This document shows, piece after piece, positions 39,596-49,177 of a DNA stretch of 64,000 bases. The stretch is from Clostridiales bacterium (GTDB lineage Bacteria > Bacillota > Clostridia > DUOD01), in NCBI GenBank assembly GCA_012838995.1, contig DUOD01000003.1, forward strand, positions 10,602 to 74,601, written 5' to 3'. Numbering within the stretch: the first letter of the stretch is position 1; every line of letters starts with the position of its first letter. Made by a program: the position numbers and the translations under genes. The notes under the pieces were generated by a model. That model saw nothing but the letters and a program-made list of their open reading frames with translations, ran no database searches and was not told the origin of the DNA.

Positions 39596-40447
39596 ATGCC
39601 GCAGTTGATAAAAAGAAGGCAGATAATGATAGTAACGATCGTTACTATCATTATTCTTGTTCTTATAGGCTTTACTTCCGGTGACAGACAAAACTTATCG
39701 CAGATGGAAGGAATTCTCGGATCGGTTTTTGGACCCGTGCAAAGGGTTTTATACAGCGGAGCCACGTCCATATCCGATTTTATAAAGGATATCCAAAAAA
39801 GGGGAGAATCGGTACATCTGGTAAAGGAGATGGAAGAAAAGCTTAGGGTGCTGGAACAGGATAACCTGCGACTGAGGGAATTGGAACGGGAAAACAGGCG
39901 TCTTAAGGCATTACTGGATTTTAAGCAGGATAATCAAGGTTGGGTAGTCACCGGTGCCAGGGTTATAGGTAAAAGCCCGGGTAATTGGTTCAATATGTTG
40001 GCTGTTGACAAAGGAAGCAATGACGGTGTGCAACAAAATATGACGGTGGTATCCCAGAACGGATTGGTGGGAAGGGTAGTAGAGGTGAGTACCACATGGT
40101 CTAAAGTACTTGCCATAGTCGACGGCAGGAGTTCTGTAAGTGCCATAGTTGAAAGAACAAGGGATAACGGGGTAGTAAGGGGTAATAACACCTTGGTATT
40201 TGAGGACGGCTTGTGTACCATGTATTATTTACCGGATGATTCGGAGGTTATACCGGGAGATAAAGTGATAACATCGGGCTTGGGAGGCGTATTCCCAAAG
40301 GGGATTTATATAGGTGAAGTAACGGAAGTGGTAAAGGAAAAACAAAATCTTTTTAAATATGCGGTAATAAAACCTGCAGTAGATTTTCAAAGAATTGAAG
40401 AGGTATTGATTGTTAAATCAGGGATTGATGTTATCGAGATGGAGTAA
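39596..40447 (+). CDS. mreC: rod shape-determining protein MreC
   Basis: An N-terminal TM helix, a coiled coil (LRVLEQDNLRLRELERENRRL) and a C-terminal beta domain. Confidence 0.9.
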   Translation: MPQLIKRRQIMIVTIVTIIILVLIGFTSGDRQNLSQMEGILGSVFGPVQRVLYSGATSISDFIKDIQKRGESVHLVKEMEEKLRVLEQDNLRLRELERENRRLKALLDFKQDNQGWVVTGARVIGKSPGNWFNMLAVDKGSNDGVQQNMTVVSQNGLVGRVVEVSTTWSKVLAIVDGRSSVSAIVERTRDNGVVRGNNTLVFEDGLCTMYYLPDDSEVIPGDKVITSGLGGVFPKGIYIGEVTEVVKEKQNLFKYAVIKPAVDFQRIEEVLIVKSGIDVIEME

Positions 40448-40461
40448 AGGGGTAGGGCTTT

Positions 40462-40974
40462 ATGAAACTGTTGGTAATCGCCGCTATAGTTGTGGCTAAT
40501 TTTATTGTACAATCTACGATTATTCCCCATATCGGCATCGCGGGGGTGGAACCGAACACATTAATAGCCATAGTTGTGTCTTTAAGTCTTTTGGACGGTA
40601 GTTTTGTAGGGGCCGTTGCGGGGTTTTTCGGTGGATTACTGCAGGACATTTTTTTCAGCGGTGCTTTAGGCATCAATGCTTTAATATATTTATTGATTGG
40701 TTGGTCGGTGGGTTTGGCCCACGGAAAGGTATTCAGCGAAAGGTTCTTTATGCCGGTGCTGTTTATCTTTGTTTCGACGGCTATTTATGAGCTGTATATG
40801 CTTATTGTAATTTTTTTCTATAGGTATGATATAAATATATACCATACTTTTATGAGATTAATTTTGCCAGGGGGAATATATACATCTATATTAGGAGCCA
40901 TCATATACAATTATACTTTTAAGCTGTATAAACACAAGTTTATGGAAAGAAAGTGGTTGTTTATTAAATCGTAA
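40462..40974 (+). CDS. mreD: rod shape-determining protein MreD
   Basis: A 170-aa polytopic membrane protein placed after mreC. Confidence 0.8.
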   Translation: MKLLVIAAIVVANFIVQSTIIPHIGIAGVEPNTLIAIVVSLSLLDGSFVGAVAGFFGGLLQDIFFSGALGINALIYLLIGWSVGLAHGKVFSERFFMPVLFIFVSTAIYELYMLIVIFFYRYDINIYHTFMRLILPGGIYTSILGAIIYNYTFKLYKHKFMERKWLFIKS

Positions 40975-41186
40975 GTTTCTAAATATCCGGTACCAATTGA
41001 AAAGTTCGCCGTTATGATAGATTATTCATACAATAAACAATTCTTACACCATCTAAGTTATGACCTTATGTGGAAAAACATTTCTTATAAAAGGCTGCGA
41101 GGTATAAACACCTCTTTTTTCTTTTGCAACTCAATGTTAAAATTATAATAATACAACTTATAGTATATGCAGAAGGAATTAAAAAT

Positions 41187-43595
41187 ATGAGAAAAAATAA
41201 GAAAAAGAAAAAAATAAATATAAGATCGGTTAGACATGTAATCTTTATTTTTATAATTGTTATATGCTTTATCGTTTTGGCGTTCCGATTAATGGAACTT
41301 CAAATTAATATGGGCGATTATTATTTAAAGGAGTCCAGCGTTCGAAAGACCAGGAGCTTAACGGTTAACGGTACCAGGGGTAAGATATACGATCGATTCG
41401 GGGTGGAATTGGCCCGGGATGAGGTTAGTTTTTCCGTGGAGATTTTTAAAAATGAATTAATTGACCAACGGACCAACGATGTAATATTAAAGACCATCAA
41501 AATACTTGAACAAAACCAAGATACCTACATCGACAATTTTCCCATTAAAATAGTACCGGTTCAAACCGGTGGATCCAATGGATTGGTGTCACTTGAGAAT
41601 AAGTTTGTTTTTGATTGGGGTACAGAGGATAAAAAAATTGCCCAAAATAAGGAAAAAAGTTGGAAGGAAACATTTAAAATTCCCCAGGATGAGGATGCTG
41701 AGCAGGCCTTTGACAGGCTGAGGCAAAGATATGATATAGATGATGATATAAGCGACATTGATGCCAGGAAGATAATGGCCATAAGACAAGAAATAGATCA
41801 AAGTGGGTACAGGGCATACATCCCAATAAAAATAGCCACCAACATCAGTGAAAATTCGGTGGCCCAACTGGAAGAGAGAAGGGTGGAGCTTCCCGGAGTT
41901 AATATTAAAGAAGAAAGCACAAGGGTTTATCCCTTGGGTAGTTTAGCTGCCCATACCATCGGATATTTAGGTAAGATTTCGGACAGCGAAAAGGAATACT
42001 ATACACAATTGGGTTATGATATTGCCGAAGATCTGGTTGGGAAAGCGGGTATAGAAAAGGAGTTTGAGGAATATCTGACCGGAAGTTCGGGCGATAGGAA
42101 GGGTAGCAAGAGGGTAGAGGTGGATGTATACGGAAAAATAAACAGGGAACTTGAATACATTGAACCTATACCCGGAAATAACATTGTCCTAACCCTGGAT
42201 GCACGGCTGCAAAAAGTAGCCGAAGAAAAGCTGATTGAAACCATACAAGATATCCGGGCGGGCAAATTTGGAAAGCCCGGCCTTGCAAGGGAAAGTGCCG
42301 GTGCCGCTGTGGCCGTGCTGGATGCAAAAACCGGGGAAGTGTTGGCGCTGGCCAGTTATCCCACCTATGATCCCAATGATATAGTACAAGGGCGTTTGAC
42401 GCCGGAAGAACTGGCTAATTTGCCCCAGTATCACTATGCCATACAAGGAACTTATGCGCCGGGCTCGGTTTTTAAAATGCTAACGGGTATTGCCGGGCTT
42501 GAAGAGGGCAAGTTGAGTCCCAATATAAAGATTACCACTAAAGGGGTTTACAAAAAGTATGATTCGAGACGGGGCATATCATGTTTGGCCTGGAGTAATT
42601 ACAGGACTACCCATGGTAGTATAAATGTGGCGGATGCCCTAAGGGTATCTTGCAATTATTTCTTTTTGGAGGTTATGGATAGACTGGGGCTTGATAAGTT
42701 AACCCGATGGGCCGATTTATTAGGACTAAATTCAAAAACCGGTATAGAAATACCGGGTGAAAGGGCGGGGCATGTACATGGCGAACATACAAATGAAATC
42801 AGGGAGAAGATCCTGCCCCATTACCATGCCGTAAATGACCAGGAGGGCCAGGGGGAAGAAACCCTAAGCAGAGTAGTAGAAGCCATAGCCCGTTTAAATA
42901 TATATGATACCAGATATGAGCTGGGCCAGACTTTGTTTGAATCACAAAGGGAAAACTACAAAGATAAAATAACAGATTATCTGACTAATGATTTAAATAT
43001 AAAATTGGATGAACTGCAATTTAATAAACTGGTGGAAGATTTGCTGGAAATTATTGAGAAAAATCCCTGGAACGGAAATGACATGGTTTCTGCCGGTATA
43101 GGTCAGGCTACTACAAACCTTACTCCTCTTGGTATAGCAAGATATGTTGCCGCCATCGTCAACGGTGGATATGTATACGATACTACCATAATAAAGGAGG
43201 TTATTGACTATAAGGGAGCGGTGGTAAAGGAACAACAGCCCAAGCTGGTAAATAAGGTTAACTTTGATGCCGCAAATATTGCTGCAATAAAAGAAGGGAT
43301 GGGCCGGGTAACCGAGGAAGGAGGTACGGCTGCAGTATATTTTAGGGATTTCCCCATCAGGGTTGGAGGTAAAACCGGTACTTCCCAAAAGAGCGGCGGC
43401 GGTCCGGAAACCAATAACGGTATATTTGTAGCCTTTGCTCCATATGATGACCCGGAACTGGTGGTGTCGGTAGTAATAGGCGAGGGCCGGATAGGCGGAT
43501 ACGGAGCACCTATAGCTCGGGCCATATTTGAAGAATATTTTCAACTGAATAAGGGCTATCAACAAGAGATACAGCAGGATGCGTTGGTACCCTAA
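41187..43595 (+). CDS. mrdA: penicillin-binding protein 2 (elongasome transpeptidase), unusually long with two insertions
   Basis: An N-terminal TM helix and PBP dimerisation domain precede the transpeptidase domain, with SVFK, SCN and KTGT motifs. Its position between mreD and minC fits the elongasome PBP2. Confidence 0.85.
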   Translation: MRKNKKKKKINIRSVRHVIFIFIIVICFIVLAFRLMELQINMGDYYLKESSVRKTRSLTVNGTRGKIYDRFGVELARDEVSFSVEIFKNELIDQRTNDVILKTIKILEQNQDTYIDNFPIKIVPVQTGGSNGLVSLENKFVFDWGTEDKKIAQNKEKSWKETFKIPQDEDAEQAFDRLRQRYDIDDDISDIDARKIMAIRQEIDQSGYRAYIPIKIATNISENSVAQLEERRVELPGVNIKEESTRVYPLGSLAAHTIGYLGKISDSEKEYYTQLGYDIAEDLVGKAGIEKEFEEYLTGSSGDRKGSKRVEVDVYGKINRELEYIEPIPGNNIVLTLDARLQKVAEEKLIETIQDIRAGKFGKPGLARESAGAAVAVLDAKTGEVLALASYPTYDPNDIVQGRLTPEELANLPQYHYAIQGTYAPGSVFKMLTGIAGLEEGKLSPNIKITTKGVYKKYDSRRGISCLAWSNYRTTHGSINVADALRVSCNYFFLEVMDRLGLDKLTRWADLLGLNSKTGIEIPGERAGHVHGEHTNEIREKILPHYHAVNDQEGQGEETLSRVVEAIARLNIYDTRYELGQTLFESQRENYKDKITDYLTNDLNIKLDELQFNKLVEDLLEIIEKNPWNGNDMVSAGIGQATTNLTPLGIARYVAAIVNGGYVYDTTIIKEVIDYKGAVVKEQQPKLVNKVNFDAANIAAIKEGMGRVTEEGGTAAVYFRDFPIRVGGKTGTSQKSGGGPETNNGIFVAFAPYDDPELVVSVVIGEGRIGGYGAPIARAIFEEYFQLNKGYQQEIQQDALVP

Positions 43596-43694
43596 TAATT
43601 GAAATGTAAAAATAAGCAGGAAATACTATGTACATGCAGAATATTATAGTGTATTTTAATGGTGCTAATAGTTAAACGCCGGGGGTAGTAGCTT

Positions 43695-44378
43695 ATGGAT
43701 GAATATGTAACTTTTAAGGGCAGTAAAAACGGACTCCATATTATACTAAATGAAAAGGCTACATTTGAAGAAATTGTATCAAGATTGGAAAAAAAACTTA
43801 ACTCCGCAAAAAATTTCTTTAAGGGTTGTAGCGTAACCATTCAACATGGCAATAGGGTGTTGGACGAGGATCAGAGATTGTTATTAGAGGATATTTTAAT
43901 TAATAGAAACGGTATTACAGATGTTACCTTTACCGCTGACAGCAGTTTTATAACCAATGACGACACCTCTTCTACAGTGCAATACCAACCGACGGCTCAA
44001 GGGTTTAATGCCATAGCCGAAGGGGCTTCTAAGTTTTATAGGCAAACAGTCAGGAATGGCCAGAAGATAAGTTTTGACGGTCACGTCATTATTATAGGCG
44101 ATGTTAATCCGGGAGGAGAGATATCGGCATCGGGCAATATAATAGTCATCGGTGCCTTAAGGGGTATTGCCCATGCAGGTGCTAAGGGTGACAGAAATGC
44201 CGTAGTAGTTGCTTTTTCCCTACAACCTACCCAGTTAAGGATTTCTGACATTATAGCCAGATCGCCGGACGGTGACAATACAAAACCGGATTGGCCGGAA
44301 ATAGCCTATATAAAAGATAATGCCCTTGTAATCGAACCTTGTGTGTTCCCCAGGGCAGACAATGTCATTAAGATCTAG
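43695..44378 (+). CDS. minC: septum site-determining protein MinC
   Basis: The MinC N-terminal domain plus the C-terminal beta-helix repeat (GDVNPGGEISASGNIIVIGALRG) are present. Confidence 0.85.
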   Translation: MDEYVTFKGSKNGLHIILNEKATFEEIVSRLEKKLNSAKNFFKGCSVTIQHGNRVLDEDQRLLLEDILINRNGITDVTFTADSSFITNDDTSSTVQYQPTAQGFNAIAEGASKFYRQTVRNGQKISFDGHVIIIGDVNPGGEISASGNIIVIGALRGIAHAGAKGDRNAVVVAFSLQPTQLRISDIIARSPDGDNTKPDWPEIAYIKDNALVIEPCVFPRADNVIKI

Positions 44379-44462
44379 GCATAAGTCTATACAGCCCAAT
44401 GAAAAAGAGGCAAATTTTTGTACAATTGTTTTTACCAAATATTAAACACAGGAGGAATGAAA

Positions 44463-45266
44463 ATGGGAGAGGTAATTGTGGTAACTTCCGGCAAAGGTGG
44501 AGTTGGTAAGACAACGACGACCGCCAACATCGGGGCCGGCCTTGCGTTAATGGGGAAAAAAGTAGTGTTGGTGGATGCGGATATAGGTCTTAGAAATCTG
44601 GATGTGGTTATGGGACTGGAAAATAGGATTGTATATGATCTGGTGGATGTGGTAGAAGGGGTATGTCGATTAAAACAAGCCCTAATTAAGGACAAAAGGT
44701 ATGACAGTCTATACCTGCTGCCGGCCGCTCAAACCAGGGACAAGAGCGCTGTATCCCCGCAACAGATGCAGGATTTATGCGACCAGTTGAAGGAGCAGTT
44801 TGATTTTATTATCATTGATTGCCCGGCCGGTATAGAACAGGGTTTTAAAAATGCCATTGCGGGGGCAGAACGAGCTATAGTTGTAACCGTTCCTGAGGTA
44901 TCATCTGTTAGAGACGCCGATAGGATCATCGGGCTTTTATCTGCCCATGACTTACCCAACCCTCAACTTATAATAAACAGGCTGCGAATAGATATGGTAA
45001 AAAAGGGAGATATGATGAATATCGAGGATACCATGGATATTCTAGGCGTAGACCTGTTAGGCGTTGTGCCGGATGATGAAAGCATAGTAATCGCCACTAA
45101 TAAGGGCGAGCCGGTGGTAAATGATAACAAGGCCATGGCAGGACAGGCCTTTAGAAACATCGCCAATAGGATACTCGGAGAAGATGTACCCTTTATGAAT
45201 TTAGAAATGGAAGAGAGTTTTATGACAAAGTTAAAGAATCTATTTAGACGCAGGCCGAGGCATTAG
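44463..45266 (+). CDS. minD: septum site-determining ATPase MinD
   Basis: Deviant Walker A SGKGGVGKTTTTAN. An AGGAGG RBS lies 7 nt upstream of ATG 44463. Confidence 0.95.
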   Translation: MGEVIVVTSGKGGVGKTTTTANIGAGLALMGKKVVLVDADIGLRNLDVVMGLENRIVYDLVDVVEGVCRLKQALIKDKRYDSLYLLPAAQTRDKSAVSPQQMQDLCDQLKEQFDFIIIDCPAGIEQGFKNAIAGAERAIVVTVPEVSSVRDADRIIGLLSAHDLPNPQLIINRLRIDMVKKGDMMNIEDTMDILGVDLLGVVPDDESIVIATNKGEPVVNDNKAMAGQAFRNIANRILGEDVPFMNLEMEESFMTKLKNLFRRRPRH

Positions 45267-45292
45267 GCGATAAAGAAAGGGGGAGCTGGGAA

Positions 45293-45583
45293 ATGGATTT
45301 ATTTAGGTTTTTCAGTAAAGATGATACCGCCAGTAAAAATATAGCCAAAGAGAGATTAAAGCTTCTGTTGGTGCATGATAGGACTAATGTTTCTCCACAG
45401 TTTTTGAACATGGTCAAAGCGGATATTATAAAAGTTGTATCCGATTATATAGAAATTGACCATAGCGGTTTGGAAGTCAGGCTGGGCAGACATAGGAAAA
45501 GTGATGACACGATAGTGTCAACTTTGACGGCCAACATACCTATAAAGCGAATGAAAAAGATCGGGAAGAATACCTATAAATAA
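45293..45583 (+). CDS. minE: cell division topological specificity factor MinE
   Basis: 96 aa beginning MDLFRFFSK. with the anti-MinCD helix. Confidence 0.9.
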   Translation: MDLFRFFSKDDTASKNIAKERLKLLLVHDRTNVSPQFLNMVKADIIKVVSDYIEIDHSGLEVRLGRHRKSDDTIVSTLTANIPIKRMKKIGKNTYK

Positions 45584-45705
45584 TTGTCGGCACCCATTGG
45601 CTTATCACCTCTGGGTGCTTTTTCTATGTTTGATGGATTCATCCAGTAGATGGTTGCAAGATTTATATGCTATAATACATGTGTAAAAATTTTTGGAGCG
45701 TGGAT

Positions 45706-46815
45706 ATGGACAAGAAGAAGTTGGTTAAGAACCTGGATTTTTTGATTATAATAGTTGTTGTTCTGTTAGTAATATATAGCCTTGTAATGATTAGCAGCGC
45801 AACCTATAACGGCGAAGGGAGTAAAATATCAAGCCTTGTTAAACAACAGATCTTTTGGTTTATAGTAGGGTTGGGGGCCATGGTTTTAACCCTGGTATTC
45901 GATTATCATATTCTGGGTAAGATGTCTAAGTTTATTTATATAGCCGTTATACTGGCATTGGTTGCCGTTGAAGCGTATGGTTATACAAGGGGCGGCGCTC
46001 AAAGATGGATAGAAATAGGCGGTTTTTCCCTACAGCCTTCGGAGTTTGCAAAACTGGGGATTATTATTACCCTGGCATGGTCGTTATACAAAAAAGAGGA
46101 TAAGCTGAACAGCTTTACAAGTCTTATTCCGGCTATTATTCATGTAGCTATACCCATGGTTTTGGTACTTAAACAGCCGGATTTGGGTACCTCCCTTGTA
46201 TTTGCGGTAATCCTAATATCCATGCTGTTTATGGCGGGCGTTAAGTTTAAGGTGCTGATATCGTTAATCGGTGCCGGGGTAGCTGCCATACCGCCCATGT
46301 GGTTCTTTGTACTGGATGATTATCAAAGGAATAGGATATTGACCCTTTTTAATCCCCATAGCGATCCTTTGGGTACCGGTTATAATGTGATACAATCCAT
46401 TATCGCGGTGGGATCCGGAAAATTAACCGGCAGGGGCCTGTATAGCGGCAGCCAGAGCCAGCTGAATTTTGTACCCGAACAGCACACCGATTTTATTTTT
46501 ACCGTGGTGGGCGAGGAACTGGGGTTTATAGGGGCCATAATATTGTTAACTTTGTATCTCATACTTATAATGCGATTGATGGCTATTGCCAGGAAGGCTA
46601 AGGATCTTTTTGGCAATCTGGTGGTTGTCGGGATTGTGGCGGTGCTGATGTTCCAGATAGTAGAAAATATCGGGATGACCATAGGGATTATGCCGGTTAC
46701 GGGTATACCGCTGCCCTTTATGAGTTACGGGGGCAGTTCCTTACTGGTGAACATGATTTCGGTGGGGATGGCCCTTAATATAGGCATGAGACGTCACAAA
46801 ACAGAGTTTTTCTAG
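45706..46815 (+). CDS. rodA: rod shape-determining protein RodA (SEDS family)
   Basis: FtsW/RodA/SpoVE 10-TM fold ending ...[12 protein letters not shown]. Confidence 0.85.
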   Translation: MDKKKLVKNLDFLIIIVVVLLVIYSLVMISSATYNGEGSKISSLVKQQIFWFIVGLGAMVLTLVFDYHILGKMSKFIYIAVILALVAVEAYGYTRGGAQRWIEIGGFSLQPSEFAKLGIIITLAWSLYKKEDKLNSFTSLIPAIIHVAIPMVLVLKQPDLGTSLVFAVILISMLFMAGVKFKVLISLIGAGVAAIPPMWFFVLDDYQRNRILTLFNPHSDPLGTGYNVIQSIIAVGSGKLTGRGLYSGSQSQLNFVPEQHTDFIFTVVGEELGFIGAIILLTLYLILIMRLMAIARKAKDLFGNLVVVGIVAVLMFQIVENIGMTIGIMPVTGIPLPFMSYGGSSLLVNMISVGMALNIGMRRHKTEFF

Positions 46816-46822
46816 AGGGGGA

Positions 46823-47251
46823 ATGGTTTTGAACGTAGCATTAATAGCCCATGATAAAAAGAAATCCCAGATGGTGGATTTTTGCATAGCCTATAGGGAT
46901 ATATTGGCAAAACACAGGCTTTATGGAACCGGTACCACCGGTAGGCTTATTCATGAAGCCACCGGTCTTAAAATATATAGATTTCTATCCGGCCCCTTGG
47001 GCGGTGACCAGCAGATAGGCGCCATGGTGGCAAACAACAAGATGGATTTGGTTATTTTTATGAGGGATCCCTTGACTGCACAGCCCCACGAACCGGATAT
47101 AAACGCCCTTTTACGGCTTTGTGACGTACATAATATTCCCCTGGCCACCAATATGGCCACGGCGGAAATTATGGTAAAAGCATTGCAGCGGGGGGATTTA
47201 GGGTGGAGGGCTATTGTAAATCCTCCGGATAATGACGGGACGGCAAAATAA
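46823..47251 (+). CDS. mgsA: methylglyoxal synthase
   Basis: Contains [10 protein letters not shown], then LYGTGTTG and the catalytic region. Confidence 0.9.
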   Translation: MVLNVALIAHDKKKSQMVDFCIAYRDILAKHRLYGTGTTGRLIHEATGLKIYRFLSGPLGGDQQIGAMVANNKMDLVIFMRDPLTAQPHEPDINALLRLCDVHNIPLATNMATAEIMVKALQRGDLGWRAIVNPPDNDGTAK

Positions 47252-47263
47252 AGGAAAGTATGA

Positions 47264-47292
47264 AACAGTCCGCAAAGGACTGTTTTTTTATT
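47264..47292 (+). terminator. rho-independent terminator after mgsA
   Basis: Sequence AACAGTCC-gcaaa-GGACTGTT followed by TTTTTTATTT. Confidence 0.8.
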
Positions 47293-47369
47293 TGTAATAA
47301 TATTAGTTCAATTCCATATACATTATAGAAGGAGGTTATTACCCATGCCTTGAAGAGGAGGGGATGCAG

Positions 47370-48182
47370 ATGGACGGAAAAAGAAGGCCCAGACGACGAT
47401 TGACCGAAAAGCAGATAGAGGCAATGATGTCCTCCGATGCCAGGAGGAGAAGTTATGATTATGGAATAAGGAGGGGCATGAGGGACAGGTACGACGAAAT
47501 TGAGGAAGAAGAGATAAGGGCCGCCAACAGGCTGCTGATAAGAATAGGTGTATGCATTGCCATTATACTTTTTGTGGTGATAGTTAAAACCGTTGATACT
47601 CCCCTTGCCAATAAGATTACCAAGGAACTAAGGACAGCCCTTACCAGTACCATGGATGTGGAAAATACCCTGGGTCAGTTAAAATTCGTCAAGAACTTAT
47701 TCTCATCCAGAGAGGAGACGGCACAACCAGTTTTTCAAAACAGCGATGATGCCGGGGACAGTCGGGATAACAGCGATATCGGCCAACCACGGCTTGTTAG
47801 GATGATTTATCCGGTAAAGGGCGAGATAACATCGCCTTTTGGTAGCCGGGAGCATCCTGTTTTTAAAACTCAAATTGAGCATACAGGTATAGACATTTCG
47901 GCTGTTGAAGGTGATGACATACTGGCGGCGGCCGACGGCGTTGTCAACCAAACGGGAGAGGATCCCCAACTTGGCAAGTATGTGGTGATAGATCATGGTC
48001 AGAATATACAAACACTATACGCCCACTGTTCTTCTGTTACATGTCGTATCGGTCAACAAATAAAACAGGGAGATATAATTGCAAGGGTAGGCAGTACAGG
48101 GAATGCTACCTCCAGCCATCTTCATTTTGAAGTGCTGGTGGAGGGACAGCCGGCAGATCCACAGCCTTGGCTGGAATCCTAG
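47370..48182 (+). CDS. spoIVFA: SpoIVFA-like membrane protein with C-terminal M23/LytM peptidase domain
   Basis: A basic N-terminus and a TM helix precede a C-terminal M23 domain (HTGIDISA...YAHCSS...SHLHFE). Its position immediately upstream of an M50 SpoIVFB-type protease matches B. subtilis spoIVFA-spoIVFB. Confidence 0.65.
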   Translation: MDGKRRPRRRLTEKQIEAMMSSDARRRSYDYGIRRGMRDRYDEIEEEEIRAANRLLIRIGVCIAIILFVVIVKTVDTPLANKITKELRTALTSTMDVENTLGQLKFVKNLFSSREETAQPVFQNSDDAGDSRDNSDIGQPRLVRMIYPVKGEITSPFGSREHPVFKTQIEHTGIDISAVEGDDILAAADGVVNQTGEDPQLGKYVVIDHGQNIQTLYAHCSSVTCRIGQQIKQGDIIARVGSTGNATSSHLHFEVLVEGQPADPQPWLES

Positions 48183-48209
48183 GCATTATAGCAGCCTGAG
48201 GAGACTCCC

Positions 48210-49103
48210 ATGCGACTGGCCAATGTTCATGGTATAGAAGTAAAAGTAAATATCCTTTTGGTGATTATTTTTTTTGTGGGTGCCGTAATGGGTTACATTA
48301 AGGAACTGGCCGTCCTTTTCGTCCTGGTAAGCATACATGAAACCTTTCACGTAATAACGGCGAAATATTATGGTATTAGCGTAACCTCTATAGAATTTAT
48401 GCCCTTTGGCGGCGTTGCACGGATGGAAAGCATATCCCACGTTGAACCAAGCACCGAAGTTATTATAGCACTGGCAGGTCCCTGGGCAAATTTTATGCTT
48501 ACTTTATGTGCACTGCTGCTGGAATACTTCGGCGTGGTGCCCTTTCAAAAGCTTAAATTTTTTATAAATGCCAATTTAATGTTGGGTTTTTTTAATCTAT
48601 ATCCTGCCCTACCGCTGGACGGGGGCAGGATTCTAAGGGCCGTTTTATCCACCAGGATGGGGACAAAGGCTGCTGACACCATATGTATAACCATTGGTAA
48701 GATAACCGGCGCCGTATTAATATTTTTATATTTTTATCTTTTTTTCGGCCGTATTACAAATAATCCTTCCATCTTATTGATAGGTTTTTTTATCTTTATT
48801 TTAGCCGGCAGACAGCAAAGTACTACGGTACTTATGGCCTTAGAAGACGTTGTCCGCAAAAAAAAGAAGCTGGCCCGTCATGGTGCCATCAGGGTACATG
48901 AAATAGCCCTAAGCCAATCCACTCCTGTTAAAAAAGTGCTGGACAGGTTTGGAGTAAACAGATATCATATAGTGCTGGTATTGGATAGCAATCTCAATAT
49001 GGTTGGGTATTTAAGCGAATATGAAATCCTTGATTTGGTAATGCAATACGGGCTTGATCTTTCCCTGGGTAAATTATTATTAATAAGAAATAATAAAAAA
49101 TAA
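48210..49103 (+). CDS. spoIVFB: site-2 protease SpoIVFB-type (M50 peptidase with CBS domain; pro-sigma-K processing)
   Basis: The HETFH zinc motif in TM2, an LDGG motif and a C-terminal CBS domain are present. Confidence 0.75.
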   Translation: MRLANVHGIEVKVNILLVIIFFVGAVMGYIKELAVLFVLVSIHETFHVITAKYYGISVTSIEFMPFGGVARMESISHVEPSTEVIIALAGPWANFMLTLCALLLEYFGVVPFQKLKFFINANLMLGFFNLYPALPLDGGRILRAVLSTRMGTKAADTICITIGKITGAVLIFLYFYLFFGRITNNPSILLIGFFIFILAGRQQSTTVLMALEDVVRKKKKLARHGAIRVHEIALSQSTPVKKVLDRFGVNRYHIVLVLDSNLNMVGYLSEYEILDLVMQYGLDLSLGKLLLIRNNKK

Positions 49104-49177
49104 AGGAATTATAAAAAATATGTAGAAAATTATTTTAATGCACCTTTACCTTTATATAAAGAACTGGAGGATGGAAT

